DNA from: Cyanobacteria bacterium P01_A01_bin.123
GTDB lineage: Bacteria > Cyanobacteriota > Cyanobacteriia > Phormidesmidales > Phormidesmidaceae
Direction of reading: 5' to 3'
Assembly: GCA_039815185.1 (NCBI GenBank)
Contig: JBCBZT010000078.1
Coordinates: 1-25,869, forward strand
DNA: 25,869 bases
Below are positions 1 to 9,203 of the stretch, in pieces. A model generated the notes under the pieces. The model saw nothing but the letters and a program-made list of their open reading frames with translations. It made no database searches and was not told where the DNA came from. How positions within the stretch are numbered: the first letter of the stretch is position 1; each line of letters opens with the position of its first letter. The translations under genes and the position numbers were made by a program.

Positions 1-1
1 A

Positions 2-574
2 AAAACCAAACGTAAAAGTTACCGTAAAGGTCAAGAAGATAATCGCCAATGATAAAAAGGCTGCCTTATACCAATAAAGCTGATAATTGAATGATTCTCG
101 GACTTCTTTAGAAGCCGTTGTCAAAAATCCTGCAACGATAATATACAGTCCCAAAAAACCAATAGTGATGCAATTTCCGAGGGTTATAAAATTCTCACTT
201 GATAATCCGCTTGAACCTAAACCATGTTTAATTGACAAGTCAAATTGAACTGATTGTTCTAGCAAAGACAAAAGAAAAATATTGTTACGAGCAAGAATGA
301 GCAGAGTAAATGACAACCCCAAAATAAACGACAATACAACACTATAAAAGTCCAAGGCATCCTTTAGTTCATAAACATTTTGACAATGTTTTATAAGCGT
401 ATTCTTGTTTCCTTGTGCTTCAGATCTACTGATAAATGTCTTTAGATTTTCGTATCTTTTTTCCGCAAGTTCTAAATTTTTTCTAGAGTCTTGTATTATT
501 ATAAATTTAGCTAATTTCTTCCATGACATCTTTGTGGAATGAGTGATATTCGCAAGGATTCGTTTTTTAGCCAT
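2..574 (-). CDS. AT-rich hypothetical multi-pass membrane protein, 3'-truncated by the window edge (absent from the ORF track)
   Basis: Manual translation gives an ATG at 574 and an open frame to position 2: MAKKRILANITHSTKMSWKKLAKF...FYSVVLSFILGLSFTLLILA...CITIGFLGLYIIVAGFL...AAFLSLAIIFLTFTVTFTFGF. It has at least three hydrophobic segments. The start is uncertain. Confidence 0.65.
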   Translation of the reverse strand, partial: MAKKRILANITHSTKMSWKKLAKFIIIQDSRKNLELAEKRYENLKTFISRSEAQGNKNTLIKHCQNVYELKDALDFYSVVLSFILGLSFTLLILARNNIFLLSLLEQSVQFDLSIKHGLGSSGLSSENFITLGNCITIGFLGLYIIVAGFLTTASKEVRESFNYQLYWYKAAFLSLAIIFLTFTVTFTFGF

Positions 575-724
575 ATAGAAATTAGGGTTATAATTTTATT
601 TTTTCTGACGCATTTTCCTTGATTTTGAAATAGCATATCGGAAACTTCGAGGATATAGTGCTTTTTGAAATATCCCAACATGCATGTAACGGGAAACGAT
701 ACAGCGACAAAAGTTTTCAAGAAT

Positions 725-2944
725 TTATCGAGATATTAGGTGAGATGCATGATCATCCGCATACTCACTTACCCGTTGGGCCATTTCAGGATTGTAAAGC
801 CGTAGATAGTTCCAGTAGTTGCCAAACACGTGATGGACATAGCCGTGGGTTTCGGGAAACGGGATTTTTTCGACAAAATCATCCGCGTCCTTAAAGCCTC
901 CTTCACTGATCCATTCAGAAATATTGCCTGGCCCGGCGTTATAGCTGGCGATCGCGAACAGCGAATTATTGTTGAACTCTTGATGGGTGTAGTTGAGATA
1001 CCAGGTACCAAACTTGATGTTGTCTTCGGGGTTTTCGAGGCTGTAGTCGCCCATGTCTTCCCAGCTTTCGTCGATCCATTCGGCAGTGCTGGGCATCACC
1101 TGCATTAACCCTGTCGCCCCAACCACCGAGCGAATTTTGGGCATAAACCGGGATTCTTGCCGCATCAGCGCCGTCACTAGCAACGGGTTGAGCTGGCGCT
1201 GGTTGGCCCAGGCTTCAATCACTGGGGTGTAAGGAAAGGGATAGAGCGCATGCCAGTAGGCGGGTTGCTGTTTGAGTTGAGCATATTGGGCTCGGTCGTC
1301 GGGATTTTCGCGCCAGTCTAAGGTTTCGATCTGAAAAATTCCTCGCAGCGTATCGTCAACCCCAATGCGCATCAAGCCATCAGTAAACTGCTCGGCAACA
1401 GTGGGGCTCAAATAGCCGGTGAACTCCGTTTGCCAAACCTTCCAGGCGTCTCGGTCTTGACCCAGTAGATAGAGTTCTTGCAGGGCTTCTGAACCAGCAG
1501 GTAGGGGCGATCGCGCCTCGGGCAGCACAATTTCAGGTATGACCGTGCGAATGGAGGGAAAGTCTCCCACCTCCCAACCCAGCATCACTGCCGAACGCCA
1601 AGCATAGTAAGATTCCGGCTGGATAGCGATCGCGGTTTCAAACGCCGTTTGAGCAGTTTGGTTATCGTTTCGCTGTAAAGACCACTTGCCCCACCAAAAG
1701 GCAGCTTCAGCTGCCAAATCGCTATCGCTGTTTTCTTCTGTGGCCTGTTTTGCCCAGTTGATCGCCCCCTCCCAGTCTTGAACTTTGGCAGCCTGCTTAG
1801 CCCGGTAAAGACGCAATTCTGCGGCAGATTCAGACTGGCTGTACTGGGTCAAAATGGACTGACGCGCCTGGGCAGCAGAGGTGGCGCTATTCAGATTATC
1901 CAGCCGTTCAGCCCGTTCCATCATGGCTTCGGCGGCCCAGTCGGGGAAGCGGGCAATCACCTGATCGAGGACATTAATGGCTTCTTTGTCAGGCAAGATC
2001 CAAGAAAACTTGAGCAGTCCCTCGCCCGTTTCAATCGCCTCAGGAAATTGCTGATCGAGTTGGTAGTAGGCCGCGATCGCCGCATCTCGCTTTTTACCCA
2101 ATTGATAACCCCGGGCAGCGCGGTAGGCATTGAGTGCATTCGGGGGAGCGTTAGCATAGGCGGGGCCCGCTTTGCCGTACTTTTGCATATCCCAATAGGC
2201 AAAGCCGATCGCTTCCCAATCTTCCGGTTGCAGTTGGCTGGCGTATTCTTCTACTACACGATCAAGAATGGATTCAATGTCAGGCAAGTGTCGTCCGTGG
2301 CGAATCACAATCCGCAGTACATCTATCGCATCGGCACGGTTAACGTCTTCGGTCCAACGGGCATAGGCGACTTCAACACTGCGGGGATGGGCTGGAATTT
2401 CACTGAGTAGCTGATCAAGATACTGGGGGTCTTGCTGGCCCAATTCGTAGAGGATTTCAGCGGTTGCCGGGTGGTTAGGAAATTCTGCGATCGCTTGCTG
2501 CCAAGTGGCTAGGGCTTGGTCTTTTTGGCCTGCGGCTCGTTGCGCTTGCCCCCGCTTAAACCAGATAAAGGGGGTCATGATCTCATAGCTATCTTCTAAC
2601 CCCTCTAATAAAGGAATCGCCGACCCGCCTCGGTCTTGGTCAATAAAATCGAGGGCCAGCAGGTATCGGGCGCGATCGCGATCGCGCCCATCCTGCCCCG
2701 CCTGGGCAAATTCCATCAAGCTAGCCCCGCGCCCCTCTGGAGACTGAGATACCAGCTTCAGCACTGCCGAGTCGCTGACTGGGTCAAGGCCGTCTAATCG
2801 CGCTTCGCCTTGCGCTTGCTGAGTGCCCCCCGTTAAATCTAACCCCCCGACGGTATTTAGCAGTGCAGCCCCAATCCCTAAAGACATGGCGCTGACACCC
2901 GCGATCGCCAGCAATGGCAAATGTTGTTTGACCTGCTTTAACAT
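725..2944 (-). CDS. slt: Soluble lytic murein transglycosylase (Slt70-like) with N-terminal anchor and TPR-like repeats
   Basis: C-terminal SLT motifs: RQESRF (catalytic Glu), GATGLMQVMPSTA, ASYNAGPG, IPFPET. Helical repeat region and hydrophobic N-terminus. Confidence 0.93.
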   Translation of the reverse strand: MLKQVKQHLPLLAIAGVSAMSLGIGAALLNTVGGLDLTGGTQQAQGEARLDGLDPVSDSAVLKLVSQSPEGRGASLMEFAQAGQDGRDRDRARYLLALDFIDQDRGGSAIPLLEGLEDSYEIMTPFIWFKRGQAQRAAGQKDQALATWQQAIAEFPNHPATAEILYELGQQDPQYLDQLLSEIPAHPRSVEVAYARWTEDVNRADAIDVLRIVIRHGRHLPDIESILDRVVEEYASQLQPEDWEAIGFAYWDMQKYGKAGPAYANAPPNALNAYRAARGYQLGKKRDAAIAAYYQLDQQFPEAIETGEGLLKFSWILPDKEAINVLDQVIARFPDWAAEAMMERAERLDNLNSATSAAQARQSILTQYSQSESAAELRLYRAKQAAKVQDWEGAINWAKQATEENSDSDLAAEAAFWWGKWSLQRNDNQTAQTAFETAIAIQPESYYAWRSAVMLGWEVGDFPSIRTVIPEIVLPEARSPLPAGSEALQELYLLGQDRDAWKVWQTEFTGYLSPTVAEQFTDGLMRIGVDDTLRGIFQIETLDWRENPDDRAQYAQLKQQPAYWHALYPFPYTPVIEAWANQRQLNPLLVTALMRQESRFMPKIRSVVGATGLMQVMPSTAEWIDESWEDMGDYSLENPEDNIKFGTWYLNYTHQEFNNNSLFAIASYNAGPGNISEWISEGGFKDADDFVEKIPFPETHGYVHHVFGNYWNYLRLYNPEMAQRVSEYADDHASHLISR

Positions 2945-3377
2945 TATCTGACTATTCCTCTGGGAAGTTAGAAGTATTGATTTGGAGGGCTTTCAGCCCA
3001 TTCAAGGTTCATCAAAGGTATGAAGTCTTAACTGGAGCTACCGCCATAGTCCGGTATTCCACACGCCAAGCAATTTTCAGGAGAGTGATCGTTCTCTTGC
3101 GTATGTTAGACAAACTCCCGCTAATTTTGCCATCAAGTTTGCGATCGCGACACGCTAACAAAAAGATTGACTGGGATCAGTGCTGACCGACACCAGTGAT
3201 TTATCGGTGCTCAAGTCTTGCTCTAGAGCCCATCTCTGCCAGAGCTCGCTTCTAACGGTTGGTAGCAGGGGCACTACCCTCCCAACCGCCGACTATGATG
3301 CCACCTGGAGGCAAGGCTTTTTGAGCCCTGAACAGTTTCTAACCATTGTTTACCGGAGCCTAGCTGATTAGATATCG

Positions 3378-3534
3378 AAGTCCCCGCCACACCAGGCATA
3401 GCAGTCGCCAGTTTCGTAGGACAAGACTGCGAGCCAGATTGCTTGTGGACTCAGCATCCCAGCGATACTCGGTGCATTAAGCAATCTGGCCAGCGACATA
3501 TACCAATTTCTAGGGAGGCGCGGGGCTTATGCCT
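3378..3534. other. Multi-stem inverted-repeat element (possible structured RNA, REP-like element or terminator)
   Basis: Perfect 12-bp IR GCCAGATTGCTT (3433-3444) / AAGCAATCTGGC (3479-3490). Also GCAGTC/GACTGC (3401-3430), AGGCATA/TATGCCT (3394-3400 / 3528-3534) and AAGTCCCCGC/GCGGGGCTT. Confidence 0.4.
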
Positions 3535-5655
3535 TTACAGTAACCCGCCCCATTCGGCTGGCGATGGTGAATCTTGAGCTGTCGTATAGGATCGAATGTT
3601 GACTTGTGAACTGCGATTACCCTTTTTAAATCGCACCAACCCCAACTGCTGTTGTTTACTGAACCCCGGTGCAATTTGATGATGGTTTGCGCAAATTAAA
3701 GTGGGTGCTAATTGCGTGTGTTGCAATAACAGATTTTTGAGGTTGCCGCTGCGTAGTCCTTGGGCATTGTTGCCGGGTAAAAATAGGGCTGCTGTTCCGC
3801 CCGAATTCAACAATTGAAAACAGCGTTCGATGAATAAGCGCTCGATATGAAACGTTGCAGATTGAAAGGGATGAGCGGCGCTGGTTTGCTGGTGCTCGTA
3901 TTGTTCGGCACGACGAAAATACTCGCGCACATAGGCAAACTGGCTGTGATAGAGTAACCAATGCTTAGCGAGTTCGGCGTCTTTTTGAAGAAGTTGGTTT
4001 CGCGATCGCCGAAAGGCCCTCGAATCAAGTTGTTTGCGCTGAGCCAGATGGCGAAAGCGGCTCAAAAACTGCTGAGACGTAGCTCGCAAAGCGCCCCAGG
4101 GCAGGTCAGCTAGAATGACGTCAAAGCCGCCCTCATTGGCCAAAATGGTGTGAAACTGATAGCCCCAATGGAATGGCTGTAGCTGCCGGATGTCGTCCAG
4201 ATTTAAGATGCGTTTATGGGTGCGACCATTTGCGGGTTGGGTTTGGCGGTAGCGGATGCCTAGTTTTTGGCTAAATTCATTGAGCAAAAGCTGATCGAGC
4301 TTTTGCTGGGCTTTTTGGTTGAGCGCCTGAATGTGGTCGCGCAAAAACTCACTTTGCACATATTTGGGCAGCGTTGTGACTTCGGCCATCAAACGAGTTT
4401 GGGCCTGATAGTCTTCTAGACTGATTTGCTTTTCGATCACGATGGTACGGTAGTCTTCGGCCATCAGGGGTTGTAGCAAATTGCCTTGCAGCACTCGGCT
4501 ATCGGTACCGACGCGATCGCTGCCTTTGAGCGTGACCTGGTCAAACCCTTCTGCATCGACTTGAATCAAACCAATCAACGCATTCCCCGGCAGCAGATTG
4601 AACTCAATTAGCGGTAGTGGCCCCAATTCGGTCTCTTGCTTGACGTCACTGAGCAGATGAAGAAACAGCTGGAGTCGGGTGAGTTCGATCGCCGATTCGG
4701 AAATATCAACGCCGTAGAGGTTGTCGGTTAAGATGCAGCGCTTGATGGCGAGGCGTTGGTTTTGGGGAGGGGAGGGGGGTGAGGAGATGGGGAGATGGGG
4801 GGAGATGGCTTCGTAAATTGGGACTAATGTTTGCATTGCGCCGATGAGCAATGCGCCTGATCCGCAGGCGGGATCAAGGATGCGAAAGCGGGGCAAAATA
4901 TCGTGTTTGAGGCGGGAGGCTAATTGATGATTAAGGTCTTTGAATAAGGCGTCTAGAGTTTTGAAGGATTGACCGCTAGCGGTGGTGATTCGATCTAAAA
5001 TCTGCTGTTCCACGACGCGATCGCAGAGAGATTGAATCACCTCCAGGGATAGGGCATAGGCTCGGCCACTGGCATCAGTCATGGCGTATTGAAAACTTTG
5101 CTGTAGCAGCGACAGAGTCAGGACTGGGGTTAATTCAGGGGCATCCTGGTTTTGTCCTTGCTGAATGCCGTTTAAGTCTTGGTCATTTGTAACCCCGTGC
5201 CACTGCCAGCGGTAGTCCCCAAACCAGTCCAAAATGGTTTCAAAACAGCTATCCGCGATCGCGATCGCCGAATAGCGTCGCTCAAGCCGATGGGGTTGGA
5301 ATAAACTGCTACTGAGGTAAGGAATTTGGCCAATCAGGGTTTGGGTGGAGGCGGTGCGTTCTTCTACTGGGAGGGCAAATCCCTGTAACCCTAAGCACTG
5401 TAAAAACTCGCCGTAAAACCGATTGGGGCCGCGCTGCTGACTTTGGCCGAGTTTATTTTGCAAATACCAGCGATCGCCCCCGTCGAGCCAACCCTGACCC
5501 TGTAAGAAACCAATCAAAATCAATCGGGCGAGGATAACTGTGGCATAAATCGCGCGATCGCCATCGTCCTCAATACCCTCGATCTCAGTCGTCAATACCG
5601 ATTGGTGCGTCTGAAATTCGAGAAACCATCGATAGCTTCTGTTGGAAGCGTCCAT
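3535..5655 (-). CDS. Eco57I/type IIG-like adenine DNA methyltransferase-domain protein with atypical catalytic motif
   Basis: SAM-binding motif I ILDPACGSGALL, followed by NLYGVDI and GNALIG. GGFDVILADLPW sits at the motif IV position, and LFIERCFQLL follows. Confidence 0.8.
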   Translation of the reverse strand: MDASNRSYRWFLEFQTHQSVLTTEIEGIEDDGDRAIYATVILARLILIGFLQGQGWLDGGDRWYLQNKLGQSQQRGPNRFYGEFLQCLGLQGFALPVEERTASTQTLIGQIPYLSSSLFQPHRLERRYSAIAIADSCFETILDWFGDYRWQWHGVTNDQDLNGIQQGQNQDAPELTPVLTLSLLQQSFQYAMTDASGRAYALSLEVIQSLCDRVVEQQILDRITTASGQSFKTLDALFKDLNHQLASRLKHDILPRFRILDPACGSGALLIGAMQTLVPIYEAISPHLPISSPPSPPQNQRLAIKRCILTDNLYGVDISESAIELTRLQLFLHLLSDVKQETELGPLPLIEFNLLPGNALIGLIQVDAEGFDQVTLKGSDRVGTDSRVLQGNLLQPLMAEDYRTIVIEKQISLEDYQAQTRLMAEVTTLPKYVQSEFLRDHIQALNQKAQQKLDQLLLNEFSQKLGIRYRQTQPANGRTHKRILNLDDIRQLQPFHWGYQFHTILANEGGFDVILADLPWGALRATSQQFLSRFRHLAQRKQLDSRAFRRSRNQLLQKDAELAKHWLLYHSQFAYVREYFRRAEQYEHQQTSAAHPFQSATFHIERLFIERCFQLLNSGGTAALFLPGNNAQGLRSGNLKNLLLQHTQLAPTLICANHHQIAPGFSKQQQLGLVRFKKGNRSSQVNIRSYTTAQDSPSPAEWGGLL
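4764..4808. repeat. Short G-rich low-complexity repeat inside the methyltransferase gene
   Basis: GGAGATGG occurs three times plus G runs. It encodes the Pro/Ser linker ISPHLPISSPPSPP. Confidence 0.6.
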
Positions 5656-5673
5656 TCCTGATCGTGTTATTCC

Positions 5674-5967
5674 TTACTTCCTGTCCCCTTGATCATGAGT
5701 CTGCAACCATTCTCGCAAATCTTCCAATCCAGAAAAATCCAACAACGCCTCACTCAACTGCTCTAGCGCTTCCAACGGCAACTGGTTAAGCTGAGGCTGA
5801 ACCTCATCCGGCAACCTGTCAAAACGTCGAGTCAAAAGACGAACCACGAGCGATCGCGCTTCATTCTCACGCCCTTGTTCGAGTCCTTGTTCGAGTCCTT
5901 GTTCGAGTCCTTGTTCGAGCCCCTGCTGATATACCCTGGTTTGCTTTAGTTCACTCAAGCCAAACAT
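5674..5967 (-). CDS. Putative nested in-frame small protein (RpnS-like antitoxin, 97 aa)
   Basis: AGGAG (5981-5977) lies 9 nt upstream of an in-frame ATG at 5967 (MFGLSELKQTRVYQQGLEQ...). Confidence 0.6.
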   Translation of the reverse strand: MFGLSELKQTRVYQQGLEQGLEQGLEQGLEQGRENEARSLVVRLLTRRFDRLPDEVQPQLNQLPLEALEQLSEALLDFSGLEDLREWLQTHDQGDRK

Positions 5968-6564
5968 CGCTGCAATCTCCTGCCAACTCAGCTGCGGAAA
6001 TTTATAGACCACAATTGTCTCAATTAGCTCTATTATCACCGATTCAGATAGACGTGATGTAGCATTCCCCATCTGCTCAACTAACCGCTGTGCCCGAGCA
6101 ACGGCAGTTGGTTCTGGCTCCACAATCAGTTTTATTAATTCCAACTCCACCGAAGTTGAATCTACTTCTGCCAGTTTATCGAGATATAGCCTTTGTACCT
6201 GAGAAAAAGCCAATAGTGGCGCATGAGCACCTGCGGCTCTAGGTTCGCAAATTTGGTTTCCATAGATCACCACTACCCGCCAATCCTGCACCTCAGGATT
6301 TTGACGCAAAGATACCATCACCTCGGCGAATAGTCGCCCATAGAGTTGCTCATCCCGTTGAAACTGCACTTCTATAAAGTAGACAGGTGCGTTAGCTGCA
6401 GTTGGTTCTGGTAGAAGCACGCCGTCAATGCGAAAGGCGGTTTGCTTCAGTTCGACTGAACGAAATACATAGGAGTCCGCTTGGAGATTGCTCTCGCCGA
6501 TTAACTCGAATAAGAGGGTTGGAGCGGTTTGAAACAGTCGATAAAATAGCGAATCAGTTTGCAC
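5674..6564 (-). CDS. Rpn-family PD-(D/E)XK nuclease / putative transposase (DUF2887-type N-terminus, DUF4351-type C-terminus)
   Basis: MQTDSLFYRLFQ start, ELKQTAFRIDGV and YFIEVQFQ motifs, GLEQ repeats, and C-terminal RLLTRRF...LEQLSEALLDF...LREWL. Confidence 0.9.
   Translation of the reverse strand: MQTDSLFYRLFQTAPTLLFELIGESNLQADSYVFRSVELKQTAFRIDGVLLPEPTAANAPVYFIEVQFQRDEQLYGRLFAEVMVSLRQNPEVQDWRVVVIYGNQICEPRAAGAHAPLLAFSQVQRLYLDKLAEVDSTSVELELIKLIVEPEPTAVARAQRLVEQMGNATSRLSESVIIELIETIVVYKFPQLSWQEIAAMFGLSELKQTRVYQQGLEQGLEQGLEQGLEQGRENEARSLVVRLLTRRFDRLPDEVQPQLNQLPLEALEQLSEALLDFSGLEDLREWLQTHDQGDRK
5873..5920. repeat. 12-bp tandem repeat, 4 copies (GLEQ repeats)
   Basis: CCTTGTTCGAGT three times, then CCTTGTTCGAGC. 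Confidence 0.95.
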
Positions 6565-6575
6565 CTCGCAGGTTC

Positions 6576-9203
6576 CTAGCGCTTAGCTTCCAAACTCTCC
6601 AAACGACTCTTCAACTCCTGATTCATCTTTTTCAGCTCGTCTAATTCCTGTTGAATGTGCTTCACGGCTTTATCAGATCCGGCATTTTTTTGCACTGTTT
6701 GCACGGCTTCTTCTGCACGGCGACGGACTCGCCCGTCAGGGGTAGAATCTGCCAGAGATTGCAGCACGCCGATTGCCTGGATCGTTTCCATTTGGGCTAA
6801 GGCCCCAACCACCGCCACTTGGGTCAGGAAGAAAGACTCGCGGGAAAGCTCGTCTAACTTTTCTAAAATTCGCGTCACATTGGGCTTGGACTGATCCGTG
6901 GAAATGGTGCCCAAGGCGCGAATAGCCCCCAGTCGCAGGGCTTGGGGTATGCCAGGTTCGGTGTATTGCAGCACGATATTCAGCGCCTCTTCTGACGATT
7001 TGAATTGACTCAGGCCACCGATGGCACCACCGCGTACGACTTCGTTCCACCCGGCCCGCTCTTTGAGCACGGTTTCAAGTAGTTTCAGCACCTTTTTATC
7101 TTTGGATTTGCTCGATTTGCCCGTGACTGTTTGGCTATTAGCCAGGGTTGCCCCGACTTTGCCCAATGCACGGGCGGCATCAGCTTCAACGTAATAGCTG
7201 GGGTCGCCTTTCTCTACGATTGACTTTAAAGCTTTGTAGCTCTCTGGGGTTTTGATGTTGCCTAGGGCCGAGACGCCAGCGCGGCGGACGTGGGGATGAT
7301 CATCTTTGAGGGCTTTGAGTATCCCGTCTACAGCTTGATCCAGTTTGATCGTGGCTAGTTGCTCGACCACTTCGACCCGTACGCCCCAAAAGGCTTCCTC
7401 TTTGAGGGCTTGAATCAGGGCTTTGACGCCATCGAGACTCCCTTTTTTGGCGATCGCTTTGGCCGCTTCAATCCGGGAAATTGGGTCGGGATCGGACTGT
7501 AACTGGGCCTTAAGTTCAGCCAGAGGATACTCCAGGGTTACGGTTTTGGTGTAGTGGTTACCCACATCAAAGCTAATGAACTGGGGCTTTTTCTCTAAGG
7601 GAAAGTAGAAGGCCTGTTCGCGATCGCAGACCTGCACCGCCATTGTTTTGAGTTCTACCTCGGCATCTTTACCACCGCCCTCTAGGTAACCAAACCCAAC
7701 CGGAATTTTTAGGTCAAACAGACCGCTGTCGCTACCATTGTCTCCATCCTTGGCCTGGGTCTGGGTAACGGTCAGTTTAGCTAGATTGCTGTCATTGTCC
7801 CAACTGTAGGCCACTTTATAGTCGGGATGTCCGCCGCGAAACACGTATTGATCGAACAAGAAGCGGAGATTACGTCCGGTGGCTTGTTCGATCGCCCGAA
7901 TCAGATCGATGGTTTCCACGGTTTGGTGGGCATAGGTGTTGACGAAATGTTGAATCGCCTGCCAAAACAGCTCATCCCCCAACGCCGTCCGGATCATGTG
8001 GTAGACGCACGCTCCTTTTTCGTAAATGTGGCGATCGTAGAGTTCAATAGCCTCACGGTAAATGTGGGTCACCATTGGTCGACGATAGCGGCTTTTGTCT
8101 TCTGACAAATAGCTGCGCATTTCCTTGAGGCGATAGTAAGCCGCTTCTTCAGAACCGTATTCATGATCTGTCCACATCACCTCAGAGTAGGTGGCCATGC
8201 CCTCTTTCACCCAGGCATGGGACCAGTGGGCAATCACCAGTAAATCCCCAAACCACTGGTGGGCCAGTTCATGCACCACAAGGCTTTCAGCGAAGCGATT
8301 ATCCAGGGCCGCCCGTTCGTCAATCAGGCAGCGATCGGTCAGCAGGGTGGTGGAAGTGTTTTCCATACCGCCAAAGATGAAGTCGTCCACGCAAACCTGG
8401 GCGTATTTGGGATAAGCGTAGTCATAGCCGTATTTTTGACTCAGAAACGCCATCATTTGAGGCGTTTTGCCCATGGTGCGCTGGGCATCGTCTTGGCGGG
8501 CTTGATCGACGTAGTAGGTCACCGGGATCTTACGCCACTGATCTTCCACCACGGCAAAGTCTCCCACGGCTAAAGTCATCAGGTAGGTGGGATGAACCTG
8601 TTGCTGCACCCAGTGGAAAATTTTGGCGTCGCCGTCTTCTGTTGTAGACGCCAAGCTGCCATTAGAAATGGCGATGTAGGCCTGAGGTACCCGCACCCGA
8701 ATCTCTGAAGTCGCGAGCTGCCCAGGATAATCGAAACAGGGAAACCAATAACGGGAATCTTCATCTTCACCTTGGGTCCACACCTGGACGGATTTGTCGG
8801 GGTAATGCTCGTCAGGGCCAATGAAATAGAGTCCGCGTTGGGGGTTCGCAACTTTATACGCGATCGCGATTGTGATGGTCTTGCCCGCTTTGGTCGGTTG
8901 CTTGAGACAAATGTGCAGTTGCTCATCATCGGCTTCAAAGGCTTGTTTGGCACTGCCCACCTTGACCGACTCAATCTGCAAGTTGACCGCATCCAGGGTT
9001 AACTTCTCTACCCCATCACGCACCGGATTCAGGCGAATTTTGCAGGTGCCGCTGTAGGATTTATTGGGAATATCCAGATCTAAATCCAAGGAAATATGCT
9101 CTACCTGGCCAGGGCGATCTGGGGTGTAGTGGGGTTTGGCCCCCGGCAGTTCAAAAGATTTGCGATCGCTTTTTTCCGTATCCAGGTAGAAGGTATGAAG
9201 CAT
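6576..9203 (-). CDS. pepN: M1-family aminopeptidase N with C-terminal HEAT-like repeats and coiled tail
   Basis: GGMEN and HELAHQWFG...E zinc motifs, IYEKGA. Start placed at ATG 9203 (AGAGGA upstream) rather than the ORF-track start at 9239. Confidence 0.93.
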   Translation of the reverse strand: MLHTFYLDTEKSDRKSFELPGAKPHYTPDRPGQVEHISLDLDLDIPNKSYSGTCKIRLNPVRDGVEKLTLDAVNLQIESVKVGSAKQAFEADDEQLHICLKQPTKAGKTITIAIAYKVANPQRGLYFIGPDEHYPDKSVQVWTQGEDEDSRYWFPCFDYPGQLATSEIRVRVPQAYIAISNGSLASTTEDGDAKIFHWVQQQVHPTYLMTLAVGDFAVVEDQWRKIPVTYYVDQARQDDAQRTMGKTPQMMAFLSQKYGYDYAYPKYAQVCVDDFIFGGMENTSTTLLTDRCLIDERAALDNRFAESLVVHELAHQWFGDLLVIAHWSHAWVKEGMATYSEVMWTDHEYGSEEAAYYRLKEMRSYLSEDKSRYRRPMVTHIYREAIELYDRHIYEKGACVYHMIRTALGDELFWQAIQHFVNTYAHQTVETIDLIRAIEQATGRNLRFLFDQYVFRGGHPDYKVAYSWDNDSNLAKLTVTQTQAKDGDNGSDSGLFDLKIPVGFGYLEGGGKDAEVELKTMAVQVCDREQAFYFPLEKKPQFISFDVGNHYTKTVTLEYPLAELKAQLQSDPDPISRIEAAKAIAKKGSLDGVKALIQALKEEAFWGVRVEVVEQLATIKLDQAVDGILKALKDDHPHVRRAGVSALGNIKTPESYKALKSIVEKGDPSYYVEADAARALGKVGATLANSQTVTGKSSKSKDKKVLKLLETVLKERAGWNEVVRGGAIGGLSQFKSSEEALNIVLQYTEPGIPQALRLGAIRALGTISTDQSKPNVTRILEKLDELSRESFFLTQVAVVGALAQMETIQAIGVLQSLADSTPDGRVRRRAEEAVQTVQKNAGSDKAVKHIQQELDELKKMNQELKSRLESLEAKR

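Noticed and set aside
1778..2410. 210-aa antisense ORF and other shadow ORFs inside slt, pepN, ftsH3 and cofH
   Set aside because: They overlap well-supported genes, carry no motifs, and are expected from codon bias.
3180..3371. 63-aa ORF ending YDATWRQGFLSPEQFLTIVYRSLAD
   Set aside because: The C-terminus looks protein-like, but it has a GTG start, no clear SD and no recognisable family.
3378..3534. Hammerhead ribozyme or retron msr-msd
   Set aside because: CGAAAC is present on the minus strand, but there is no CUGANGA core and no adjacent reverse transcriptase.
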